Virus record (IMG/VR): IMGVR_UViG_3300022752_005671
Coordinates: 32,001-96,000 of that record
Direction: 5' to 3' (one strand)
Length of the DNA stretch: 64,000 nucleotides
Source of the DNA: a virus
The notes beneath the pieces were generated by a model. That model was not told where the DNA came from. It did no database searches and saw only the letters and a program-made list of their open reading frames with translations. Shown here one piece after another: positions 29,376 through 38,677 of the stretch (position 1 is its first letter; every line of letters starts with the position of its first letter). Made by a program: the position numbers and the translations under genes.

Positions 29376-30229
29376 AATAATGATTCGACCGTTCTGCGGA
29401 GTCCTTCTTCAAGATCGATTATACTATCAACATTTACAAAATTATAAAGTTTTTTTGTATCAGGACATCTTCTTTTTGCGCTTCCAAGAGGACTTTTGCG
29501 TATTTCAAGCTTATCTGGATTGACTTCCATTATTTTCATTATTATTCTTGCGACGTCACTTATTTTTACTTCTTGCTGGTTCCCAACATTCACAATTTCA
29601 TTTGTACAGTTTAAAACTAAATCATGTGTAAATTTAACTGCATCATCAATATAACAAAATGAACGTGTGTCATCCCCGTTTATGTAATACTCTCCAGTTA
29701 GTACTCTCTCTACAAACTCAGAGATAAAATGATCTTTTTGTCTTGGACCATATACGTTAAAATATCTAATGATTAACCAAGGTAATCCAGAATTTGAAAC
29801 TAAATTTTCTCCTAATGCTTTTGGAATGCTATAACTCCATCTAGGATTTAAGATGTTATCAAACATAATTGGAACTTGTTCATCAGTAGGAATTTTATAA
29901 ATTCCTTTATCTGTTGCACCATTAAAAATTTCGCATGTAGAAGTAAAAACAAATTTTGTTTTAGATCTTGAATATCTTTTTACTAGATTAAAAGTTGGAA
30001 TCGTGTTGTTAAACGCAACCATCGTTGGAGATTCATAAAAAAGTCTAGTTCCATTAGTTGCAGCCATGTGAACTAAAACATCACATTCGGGTAAGTTATT
30101 AACTACAATTTCAGAGCAAAGATCTTTTCCATCAACTAAATCTGCGGTAAAAATTTCGTTTGAATGTTTAATAAAGTCGTAATAATGACTTCCTATAAAC
30201 CCTTTATCTCCAGTTAATACTATTTTCAT
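29366..30229 (-). CDS. NAD-dependent epimerase/decarboxylase (UDP-glucuronate decarboxylase/WcaG-like)
   Basis: Start reassigned to ATG 30229 (MKIVLTGDKGFIGSH), just after the upstream stop at 30234. PRWSYSIPK (YxxxK), RYFNVYGP and DTRSFCYIDD motifs. Confidence 0.82.
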   Translation of the reverse strand: MKIVLTGDKGFIGSHYYDFIKHSNEIFTADLVDGKDLCSEIVVNNLPECDVLVHMAATNGTRLFYESPTMVAFNNTIPTFNLVKRYSRSKTKFVFTSTCEIFNGATDKGIYKIPTDEQVPIMFDNILNPRWSYSIPKALGENLVSNSGLPWLIIRYFNVYGPRQKDHFISEFVERVLTGEYYINGDDTRSFCYIDDAVKFTHDLVLNCTNEIVNVGNQQEVKISDVARIIMKIMEVNPDKLEIRKSPLGSAKRRCPDTKKLYNFVNVDSIIDLEEGLRRTVESLLCE

Positions 30230-30233
30230 AATT

Positions 30234-31142
30234 TTAAAGTTGATTAAAAAGATCTCTATATGCTTTATATCCAAATGGCAATAATATCTCTTTTACGTTA
30301 GGTATTGCAGGAATTGCCTTTATTACATCGTCATGTATTGCAGAAGATGGTAAAACTGCTTCTGCCATTCCCATGCTTCTAGAAATCATTGAAACATCTA
30401 ATAGTCCACACTCTATTAAAGATTGAGGACCCCCTTCATACCTAGAAGTAACTGGATACAAATCAAGAGTTTGATACAGCTCATTTACGATTTCTTGTGA
30501 AGGCAATTCTATGTACGTAAAAGGTATTGATAAATCGTTCAGTTTGCTAATGATATATTGCCTACGCCACCCAGATAAAACTACATGAATTGATGGAGAT
30601 GTTTCTTTTAGTTTAGTTAAATATTCAGCTAATAAATCTGGTCCTTTTTCTAATTTTGGACTTTTTAAGTCGCTTCCTTCTGTGTCTCTCTGAAATGATC
30701 CTATAACTGTTGCATCAAGAGGAATGTTATATTTTTTTCTGAATTCTTCTTTCGTACCAGTCTTTTTCCATATTTTTTGATTTGCCCAATATGGGATCAC
30801 TTTAATAGGTTTATTTGTATAACTTTCGATAAACTTTTTGGTGTGAATGCTTGGCGTGTGATAAATATGAGTAATTGAATCTCTTTCCTTAAAGTCATTA
30901 ATTTGATCAATACCAAACTTTTCAGGCACGATGTGGTGGATTGTAGTTACTACTTTTTTTGTTTTTAAAAACTGTATTGGTAAATTTCTCCAGCACCAAT
31001 CAGAAAACAACCAAATTACATCTGCTTGTCTACAATCAAAAACGCTAATATCGCTGTTGTCTTCATACCATTCTTTTGTAAATCTATCAATAATCCAGTT
31101 TTCTTTTGGAGGTAAAACGTAAACTTTATTCATGTAGATCAC
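30234..31142 (-). CDS. Glycosyltransferase GT4-like
   Basis: EKGPD and YPVTSRYEGGPQSLIECG motifs. Confidence 0.8.
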   Translation of the reverse strand: MIYMNKVYVLPPKENWIIDRFTKEWYEDNSDISVFDCRQADVIWLFSDWCWRNLPIQFLKTKKVVTTIHHIVPEKFGIDQINDFKERDSITHIYHTPSIHTKKFIESYTNKPIKVIPYWANQKIWKKTGTKEEFRKKYNIPLDATVIGSFQRDTEGSDLKSPKLEKGPDLLAEYLTKLKETSPSIHVVLSGWRRQYIISKLNDLSIPFTYIELPSQEIVNELYQTLDLYPVTSRYEGGPQSLIECGLLDVSMISRSMGMAEAVLPSSAIHDDVIKAIPAIPNVKEILLPFGYKAYRDLFNQL

Positions 31143-31161
31143 CTGAAGGTTTTAAATATTT

Positions 31162-32097
31162 TTAATTTTCTATTATTCGTTTAAAAAAATTGATGTAGTT
31201 TGATAAACAGTTTGTCATGCTGACATCAAATGGATTTTTTAATTCTTCTTTTTTTGGAAGTTTTTCAGTTATTTGAGTTATATCGATAGAAGGGGGATCA
31301 TCATAGTTTGCTAATTCAAAATTATAATCGTTCTTTTCTTTAAGAATTATTCCATAACCTTGCACTAGCTCTTTTGTTCCACCATGTTCTGAACATATAA
31401 CAGGAGTTTTTTGAGACAATGATTCAACAACAGTATTTGGACAATGATCTAGCCATGCTAGATGCAGCATCCAATTTGCTGCAGAAAATATTTCAAGACA
31501 TACTTCATGCGGTTGCGAACCAGCGTAAAAAATGTGAGGATCTGCAATTTTTGTTGCATTTGATCCCAACACTATCAGCGCTGCCGATGAATAAAAATTT
31601 CTTAAATGTTTATATAATTCTACGTTTTCGTTTAAACGTTTTTGTGGATGCCAATTTGCAGAACAGACAAACAACATTTCGTATTGCTTTCTGATTTGTT
31701 CTAATGTCGGTATATGAAATTTTTTAATTTCAGGTGCATTAATACCGTTTCTAATTATTGAACCATTTTTATGATGACCCCACCACTTCGTAGTCATTCC
31801 TTTATCAAACTCAGATTGCCATATTACTGCATCTGAATTTTGATATAGATTTTTTATTGATGAATTTTTTGTTTCAAATTCTTCTGGTTTGAACCAGATT
31901 CCATCTAGTCTTTGAACTACTTTTTTTGCTAAAGGTCTTCCTGAAGGTTCGATAAAAACTATTGAAACATCAGCTTGTCTACCATCATACAATTCAACTT
32001 CGTGACCAGACTCTATCAATCCCATTGCCAATCTTTTTGCAAAGGAGTTTGGTCCAGTTGTTGAACTCATGTTAACATTGTCTAAATGTACTTTCAT
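31162..32097 (-). CDS. Glycosyltransferase GT4-like
   Basis: TGPNSFAKRL, IIRNGI and DHCPNTVVESLSQKTPVICSEHGGTKELV motifs. Confidence 0.82.
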   Translation of the reverse strand: MKVHLDNVNMSSTTGPNSFAKRLAMGLIESGHEVELYDGRQADVSIVFIEPSGRPLAKKVVQRLDGIWFKPEEFETKNSSIKNLYQNSDAVIWQSEFDKGMTTKWWGHHKNGSIIRNGINAPEIKKFHIPTLEQIRKQYEMLFVCSANWHPQKRLNENVELYKHLRNFYSSAALIVLGSNATKIADPHIFYAGSQPHEVCLEIFSAANWMLHLAWLDHCPNTVVESLSQKTPVICSEHGGTKELVQGYGIILKEKNDYNFELANYDDPPSIDITQITEKLPKKEELKNPFDVSMTNCLSNYINFFKRIIEN

Positions 32098-32462
32098 GAT
32101 CTCTTTTTTACTTCTTGTATAAACGGAATTGCAAATGGAGTTTTATTAAACATCATAGCCATAAGAGCTAATTCTTTCGTGTTTATGTTTGAAAGATTAG
32201 CTCTTTGAGTAAAAATGTTTGGATCAAGCTCTTGTCCTCCATTAATTGTAACTGAATCATAGTACATTTGTGCAATAAAATTTACAGATTCATTGCTCAA
32301 AGGAATAGAAGATTCTTTGACAACTTCAGATAAAGAAAAGAATATATCCTGATAAATCTCAGAACAAGCTTGCGAAGTTAATTTTTCACCTTTTCTTCTT
32401 AATAGACGTTCTACTAATAATTTTGAAATTGAGTCGTGAAGAGCTTCGCCTTGTTGCATCAT
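32094..32462 (-). CDS. Hypothetical protein
   Basis: 122-aa ORF with 4-bp overlaps to both neighbours. Confidence 0.7.
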   Translation of the reverse strand: MMQQGEALHDSISKLLVERLLRRKGEKLTSQACSEIYQDIFFSLSEVVKESSIPLSNESVNFIAQMYYDSVTINGGQELDPNIFTQRANLSNINTKELALMAMMFNKTPFAIPFIQEVKKRS

Positions 32463-33196
32463 TTTACATACCCTCTATTTCTCATAAAAACTGCTTCATC
32501 TCTTTGAAAAAGAGCATCATTAGTTTGATAAGTTTCTGGAATATCATTTATTGTATAATGATACATTACTCTTGGTAAGAAAACTCTTTTTTTAGAGTGA
32601 TGTAACGCTGGTAAATAAATTGCCTGATCGCCGGCTCTTCTTATATAATTTCCGTCTTCACCACGATAGTTTTCATCTTTGACGTCATTCAATAATTTTT
32701 TTCTAAAAGTTTTTAAATGACTTGTAACCCATGGATGTTTATAAGGGTCTGAATCTTGTGACATCGGACCGCTTATATTTTTATCGCTGAATCCCCACCT
32801 GTGAGCAGTCCACAAAATATCGCAATTGCTTTGTTGATAAACTGCATCGATGATGGATAAAGCATCTAATTCAGTTAACCAATCATCAGCATCAATTCTG
32901 CAAATGATATCGTCATCATTGCACATTGAAATTCCAGTTAAAACATTTGAAACTTCCCATTTTTTTTCTGAATTCCAAATATTAATAATCTTTTTTGAAT
33001 ACTCGCTGTTCAAAATAGATTTAAATTCATTACAAATTTTTTTTGATTCTTCTAAATGATCAGACGAAGAAACATCATCAATTAAAATCAATTTCCAGTT
33101 TTCATGAGATTGACCACAAATAGAATGAAGCATTCTTGACAACGTTTTAGAAGCGTTGTACATAGGAGAAATAAATACGAAGTTATTTTTTAACAT
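32459..33196 (-). CDS. Glycosyltransferase family 2 (GT-A)
   Basis: FISPMYNA, LIDDVSS and RIDADDWL (DxD) motifs. Confidence 0.88.
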   Translation of the reverse strand: MLKNNFVFISPMYNASKTLSRMLHSICGQSHENWKLILIDDVSSSDHLEESKKICNEFKSILNSEYSKKIINIWNSEKKWEVSNVLTGISMCNDDDIICRIDADDWLTELDALSIIDAVYQQSNCDILWTAHRWGFSDKNISGPMSQDSDPYKHPWVTSHLKTFRKKLLNDVKDENYRGEDGNYIRRAGDQAIYLPALHHSKKRVFLPRVMYHYTINDIPETYQTNDALFQRDEAVFMRNRGYVK

Positions 33197-33211
33197 ATAA
33201 ATCTTATTTCA

Positions 33212-33952
33212 CTATAAGATAGAATCTTTATCACTTTCATTCCACAACATTTCATTTGCTTTTCTATAAGATTCTTGAGTTCCAGCATCAATCCATCCGC
33301 AATTGATATCAACGACTTTTCCATTTCTGTTTTTCACAAACCAGGAACTAACATCGCTAATTTCATACTCTCCTCTTGCCGAAGGTTTTAATGTGTCAAT
33401 TACTTCAAATGCTTCGCTAGTGTAACAATATAATCCTACGATAGCTTTATCGCTGGGAGGATTTTTTGGTTTTTCAATTATGTCTATAACATTGCCTTTT
33501 TTGTCATATTCAGGAACTCCAAACCTATGAGGATCTGGTACTGATTTGGCAAATAATTTAAATGAATCATTAGAGGTTTTAAACTCTTTTATTTCTTTTG
33601 AAATAAGATCATGATCGCTAAAGATATTATCTCCAAGTAGCACGGAAAATTTTTCATCTCCACAAAATACTTTACAAAGATTAAGAGCTGCGGCTATTCC
33701 ATTCGCTTTATCTTGGACTCTATAAGTCATAGAGCAATTTAAATGTTCACCTGAACCTAATGAAGATATGACTTGTCCAGCATGATCAGTTCCAGTAATA
33801 AGCATGATGTCTTGGATTCCAGAAGAAGTAAATAAATCAATCATTCTGTAAACCATAGGAACACCTGCTACTGGAAGCAAGCATTTATTGGTGGCTTTTG
33901 TTAAAGGATATAGCCGGCTTCCTACACCACCTGCAAGTATTATGCCTTTCAT
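33212..33952 (-). CDS. rmlA: Sugar-phosphate nucleotidylyltransferase (glucose-1-phosphate thymidylyltransferase-like)
   Basis: GIILAGGVGSRLYPLTK, GIAAAL, LGDN, PSARGEYEISD and WIDAGT motifs. Confidence 0.88.
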   Translation of the reverse strand: MKGIILAGGVGSRLYPLTKATNKCLLPVAGVPMVYRMIDLFTSSGIQDIMLITGTDHAGQVISSLGSGEHLNCSMTYRVQDKANGIAAALNLCKVFCGDEKFSVLLGDNIFSDHDLISKEIKEFKTSNDSFKLFAKSVPDPHRFGVPEYDKKGNVIDIIEKPKNPPSDKAIVGLYCYTSEAFEVIDTLKPSARGEYEISDVSSWFVKNRNGKVVDINCGWIDAGTQESYRKANEMLWNESDKDSIL

Positions 33953-35883
33953 TCTTTTTCTCCTAACATGATTTTAGGCTGAGTTCTATTGATTTTCAAA
34001 TGAGGAGTTAAAGTTTTTCCGTCCCATTTTCTATGCCAAATCCATCCACCTAATTTTTCTTTTAATTGTGATGCTTTTTCTGATATCATTTGATCTGTGA
34101 CTTTAGACCATGGAACATCAAACATCATATTTGATTCTGCTGTATCTTCATAAGTTTTCCCTGATAAAGATTCCCAATGCTTCGTCCAATAATCTCTATA
34201 CAGTTTTATTTTTCTTTCTAAATTATACCAGCTGTAATGGAAAACGCAAGGTAAACTATTAACTACGTTATTAAACCATGCATTATATTCTGTCAAAGCT
34301 TTTTCATTTCCTAACATTGCAGCATTTCTTGCTTGATCAGCTTCTGGAGAATAAAAGCTAACATGATTAATTCTTTCACCAGTATTTGAATCTATCATAT
34401 CGCAGCCGTCACCGGCAATTGCATAAAGATTTCCTGATTCATCATACTTGCGAAGATCTTTTGGAATTCCATGAGTAATGTTTTGTTTATTCCTGCTTAA
34501 TCTCCACTTCCATGGCATAATATCTGCTCGAACTTTTTCAGCGCTGCCCCAATACTCAATGACAGGAAGAGAGATTATATCAACGCCTTGTGGAAATTTT
34601 GAACATAAATCGATAATCTTTTGAGCATCATCTTCATGAACAATTTCATCAGAATCCATTTGCCAACAAAATGTTGATTTACACATCGAACGGGCTTCTG
34701 CTTTTTGCATTCCATCAAAAACTGCAAATCTAGGATGTGACCAATCTCTATGAACTTGTTTGATTTTAAGTTTTGATTCTTTTTCAGCTAGTGATTTTAG
34801 CTTTTCCCAAGTTCCATCAGTAGATCCTCCGTCGACGACACAAACTTCTTCGCAAAATGAAAACATTGATTGTATGCATTGTTCGAACGGATATTGTTGC
34901 TTAATGCAATTAAACACAGTAACATACCCGCTGACTGATGGACGGTAATCCATCATCTTTTTTATTCCATTCCAAAATACGTTTGGAGCGGTAAAAAGAT
35001 ATTCTTCTATCGAAGAAATATCGTCTGTCATGAACCATTCTTCTTTTGAATGTTGAACGTTATCATTTAAATGTAGCTTGCAGCCAAGAAGTTTTGCTTC
35101 GATGACCATTCTTGGACATGTATCTTTTCCTTTTGGAAGATAAACAAACCCTTCGGCATTAGAAAGCTTATCTAACATCGTTTCATAAGGAACATTCCAC
35201 ACAACTTCATGATTTTTAGAAGTTTCTTCACACCACTTTTTTGCTAAATCAGCACCTTTTACCCAAGAGTCTGATCCTAAAACTATCCAATTTTTTCTTT
35301 CAGACTTTGATGTTCTAACATGCTCTCTAAGTAACTTGATTGTTCCTAAAGTTTTTTTCGAAAAAACGCTGGATAAAACAACATTATCTTTTTCAGATAA
35401 AAATGGGAACATCCTGAGGTACCAATCTTTTTGAGCCTCTGACATCCACCACAATCCTCTGGACCCATAATAGAAAGCAGATATTAGTTTTCCATTCAAC
35501 TGTTCTTGACAGTCACAAGGTTTTCCTGCGTTTGATTCATGTTTTTCTGGAGATCTATATCGGCAATATTTGTAATCGTATTCTAGGATGCTATATTTCA
35601 AATTTCCTATAATTGTAGGAATTAATTCTGGATTAAGTTGAGAAAAATTCCCAAAGATCCAAAATTTATCTACACCTTGACGCAAAACATCCAAATCGAC
35701 GTCTTTGGCAAGAATTTTTACATGCGGCAAAGGACATTCCTCAATTAACGCCTCGGTCGTTAATTCCGCACCTCCAGTATAGTGTTCAGCAAATAAATCT
35801 GCTATGAAAATTACTTTAGAATTTTCTGGTAATGTAATTTTCGGCTTTTGGACATTAAAAATATTTTCGTTAAAGATGCTCAA
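33949..35883 (-). CDS. Bifunctional glycosyltransferase (N-terminal GT-B-like plus C-terminal GT2); TTG start
   Basis: N-half: GGAELT...KGAD...DTCPRMVIEAKLLGC. C-half: SGYVTVFN...VVDGGSTDGT...QMDSDE. GAGGA Shine-Dalgarno upstream. Confidence 0.82.
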   Translation of the reverse strand: MSIFNENIFNVQKPKITLPENSKVIFIADLFAEHYTGGAELTTEALIEECPLPHVKILAKDVDLDVLRQGVDKFWIFGNFSQLNPELIPTIIGNLKYSILEYDYKYCRYRSPEKHESNAGKPCDCQEQLNGKLISAFYYGSRGLWWMSEAQKDWYLRMFPFLSEKDNVVLSSVFSKKTLGTIKLLREHVRTSKSERKNWIVLGSDSWVKGADLAKKWCEETSKNHEVVWNVPYETMLDKLSNAEGFVYLPKGKDTCPRMVIEAKLLGCKLHLNDNVQHSKEEWFMTDDISSIEEYLFTAPNVFWNGIKKMMDYRPSVSGYVTVFNCIKQQYPFEQCIQSMFSFCEEVCVVDGGSTDGTWEKLKSLAEKESKLKIKQVHRDWSHPRFAVFDGMQKAEARSMCKSTFCWQMDSDEIVHEDDAQKIIDLCSKFPQGVDIISLPVIEYWGSAEKVRADIMPWKWRLSRNKQNITHGIPKDLRKYDESGNLYAIAGDGCDMIDSNTGERINHVSFYSPEADQARNAAMLGNEKALTEYNAWFNNVVNSLPCVFHYSWYNLERKIKLYRDYWTKHWESLSGKTYEDTAESNMMFDVPWSKVTDQMISEKASQLKEKLGGWIWHRKWDGKTLTPHLKINRTQPKIMLGEKE

Positions 35884-36012
35884 GTTTTCCTCAAAAACTG
35901 TTGTTAAAGAATATTTAATAAAGATCTAATTTATAAGAAGTATTAATAAGAATTAGATCTAGATTATTAATAGATCTATTGTCTTTATAGATTATTTATA
36001 ATAGCTAAATAA
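35884..36012. promoter_or_regulatory. Divergent-promoter / strand-switch region with three AGATCT palindromes and a 10-bp inverted repeat
   Basis: AGATCT at 35922, 35955 and 35972; AGATCTAATT (35922-35931) / AATTAGATCT (35951-35960); perfect palindrome AATAGATCTATT (35969-35980). Confidence 0.6.
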
Positions 36013-36633
36013 GTGAGGATGTATATGTCAAGGAAACAAAATTTTGAAAAAAATACATCTCTTAAAAAATTGGCTGGTCGTCCTAGAAAAGATGCAATGC
36101 AAGACGACTTACAACCTCTATCTACAAAAGCAATAGAGAAGATTGAGAATAACTATCGAATCATTTTAGAAATGCAAGATAAAATCTTATCTGCTCCTGC
36201 CATGAATGGTGGATTTACGACTTTAATGTACAAAGTTGAAAACATAGAAAAATCGCAAGGACAACTGGTAGAAAAAGTTGATCAAATTCATGGGGTTTTG
36301 TACGAGCCAGATAATGGGTTATATGCTAGACTAAAGAAAGTAGAAAATGATTGCGCTCCAAGTGAAGTATTAGATGATCTTGAAAAAGATGTTCAAGAAA
36401 TAAAAATTTGGAAAAACTCTGAAGAAAAGCAATCTGAAAAAGAAGAAATTAAAGATTCTGAAAAAGACAAACTTTTGTCAGAACATGAAGCTGTTTTAAA
36501 AGATATACAAAAAAACATATCAAAATATAACGCTGCAGCAAAATGGATAGCTGTTTCTTTAGGTGGTGGATTATTGAGCATGCTCGGAAAATTGATTTAT
36601 GAGTATGTGACAGGACACATAAAAATCGTTTAA
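36013..36633 (+). CDS. Coiled-coil protein with a C-terminal membrane helix
   Basis: Hydrophobic tail WIAVSLGGGLLSMLGKLIYEYV; N-terminal KLAGRPRK. Confidence 0.6.
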   Translation: MRMYMSRKQNFEKNTSLKKLAGRPRKDAMQDDLQPLSTKAIEKIENNYRIILEMQDKILSAPAMNGGFTTLMYKVENIEKSQGQLVEKVDQIHGVLYEPDNGLYARLKKVENDCAPSEVLDDLEKDVQEIKIWKNSEEKQSEKEEIKDSEKDKLLSEHEAVLKDIQKNISKYNAAAKWIAVSLGGGLLSMLGKLIYEYVTGHIKIV

Positions 36634-36673
36634 TCATTTAAACATTTAGAAAAAAACACATAATAAAGAAATT

Positions 36674-37876
36674 ATGTCTGTTTTTTTTAATGAAGACGTG
36701 TCTTCAAGAATACTTTTTGTTTTAAATAAATCTTTAGAGATTATAGAAAATTCAAAGAATCACGTTATAAACTTTGAAAAAGATAGAATCTTGTCTAAAA
36801 CAGATATTCAAACTTGCATCAATTACAAGTTTGAAGGAGAATTAGAAACTTCTATTCAAAAACTTTTAATTGAGCATGCTTTTAAAGCTGAAAAAATTTC
36901 TCCTGGTGGGTTTAAAAAAACGATAAAGTACTGTAATGATTTGTTTTTTAATAAAAAACATGATTTATTTGTGGAATCAGTTTTTTATCCTACCTTAGAG
37001 AATTTAAGGTGCATAATTAATTCATTTTGTGATGATGAGACTATTTCGAATTTATGTTTTGAAGCAATTCAATTGGCTGGATTTGGTGGGAAAATTTCTA
37101 TAGAAAAAAGCCTAAATTCTTCCACATCTATAGAATTAGTTGATGGCTATTCATTTAAACATGATCCTATAGGATTACAGCCGATAAAATTAAAACAACC
37201 TAGAGTTGTTTGCATAGATGGATATATCGAATCTGTTTCAGAGGTCAATCTACTTTTTGAAGGAGCAGTTCAACTTAAGCATCCTTTAGTTTTAATCTCT
37301 AGAGGCATGCATGAAGATGTATTAAACACTATAAAAGTTAATCGTGACAGAGGCTCGATGTTTGTTTATCCAGTTAAAATTGCTTTTGATTTAAATGGAA
37401 TAAATACGATAACTGATCTATCAACAATTTTAGGAAAACCTCCTGTTTCTTGCAATTTAGGAAATTTAATAAGTTCAACGTCAATTGAAGATTCAGTTGA
37501 AGTAAACGATATTATTATTTCTGGAAATAATTTAACCGTAAGAAATCCAAAAACTAGACATTCAGTTAACTTACACGTCAAATCATTAATAGAGAAAAGA
37601 CAATCTAGCGAAGTAAATGATGTGGAAGATTTATTGTCTTCAAGAATTAAATCTCTTTCTGGAAATTGTGTTATCATTAGACTCCCAGATAACTCAAACT
37701 ATGTAACAACTTCGCAAATAATAGATTATGTTTTAAGAGCTATTAAATCCATGTTGGATTACGGTGTCTTTTTTAAAGAAGAAAAAATTTATCTTTATGG
37801 AAGCTATAAATCTTCAAAAGAGATGTCAGATAAATTTTATTCTTTAATGAAACAAGTTTATGCGTATGTAGATTAA
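36674..37876 (+). CDS. Divergent GroEL/Cpn60-like protein
   Basis: EAIQLAGFGGKISIEKS...ELVDGYSF, VVCIDGYIESVSEV, PLVLISRG..EDVLNT...N, and LLSSRIKSLSG...IIRL follow the GroEL intermediate/apical domains. The GDGTTT motif is absent. Confidence 0.7.
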   Translation: MSVFFNEDVSSRILFVLNKSLEIIENSKNHVINFEKDRILSKTDIQTCINYKFEGELETSIQKLLIEHAFKAEKISPGGFKKTIKYCNDLFFNKKHDLFVESVFYPTLENLRCIINSFCDDETISNLCFEAIQLAGFGGKISIEKSLNSSTSIELVDGYSFKHDPIGLQPIKLKQPRVVCIDGYIESVSEVNLLFEGAVQLKHPLVLISRGMHEDVLNTIKVNRDRGSMFVYPVKIAFDLNGINTITDLSTILGKPPVSCNLGNLISSTSIEDSVEVNDIIISGNNLTVRNPKTRHSVNLHVKSLIEKRQSSEVNDVEDLLSSRIKSLSGNCVIIRLPDNSNYVTTSQIIDYVLRAIKSMLDYGVFFKEEKIYLYGSYKSSKEMSDKFYSLMKQVYAYVD

Positions 37877-37929
37877 ACTTTCTAATATTTCTTTATTTAC
37901 TTTTTCTACATTATGCGTAACATATAAAC

Positions 37930-38184
37930 ATGTCGAATATAAATCTTGATAAAACGTCTTGGGAATTAGTTGAAGTCTTAAAGGACACAGCAAAAAAGAA
38001 TCTTCTTAATGCTGTAAAAAACGAACAATTAAAGGTTGATCAAGAAGTTTTACCAAAATTATTTTCTTTAATTGATTCTTCAATGTCAGAAGGATATAAC
38101 AAAAGTTATAAAGTTTTTTCAGAAAAGTTTTTACAAGCCAGTAAGCAGGTATCTTCGCAGGAACCTTTAAAAAAAAGAAAGTAA
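37930..38184 (+). CDS. Hypothetical protein
   Basis: 84-aa ORF in a co-directional run with normal spacing. Confidence 0.65.
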   Translation: MSNINLDKTSWELVEVLKDTAKKNLLNAVKNEQLKVDQEVLPKLFSLIDSSMSEGYNKSYKVFSEKFLQASKQVSSQEPLKKRK

Positions 38185-38200
38185 ATTTTTTTAAATCTTT

Positions 38201-38677
38201 ATGGCTATCTATGGTCAAAAACATTTGATAAAGTGTAGGTGTGTTTTACCTCAATTTAAAAATTCTTCAGATCCAGAAAAGAAACAACATCGATTTACGG
38301 TTTTTTCCGAAATCACTGATGATGTCGTAAAGCAAAAATTTGCGCAATGTAATAATTGCGGATTAGTACATAAAGTTACAGATATTTGTACTTCTGAAAT
38401 AATGACTGGCAAAGAATCGATGGGATCAATTTTATCAATCGATGATATTAAACCTGGATTACATCCGTCTCTAGTTTCAATATTAGAAAGACATCAGTGC
38501 GATCTTCCTACATGGGAGCATGCACAACATATTGTAGAAAATAAAAAATGGGGAGATATTGTCATTTTAACTAGCGATCTTGAAGAAGACGTGAAAAATA
38601 TCAAGTATGTTAGAATTTTGGGAGAAACGCTTTATAAAGTTGATTCTCATTCAAGAAAAGAATTAATCGGTGTATAA
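38201..38677 (+). CDS. Hypothetical protein, putative zinc-binding
   Basis: CRC...CNNCG.VH...C motifs. Confidence 0.65.
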   Translation: MAIYGQKHLIKCRCVLPQFKNSSDPEKKQHRFTVFSEITDDVVKQKFAQCNNCGLVHKVTDICTSEIMTGKESMGSILSIDDIKPGLHPSLVSILERHQCDLPTWEHAQHIVENKKWGDIVILTSDLEEDVKNIKYVRILGETLYKVDSHSRKELIGV

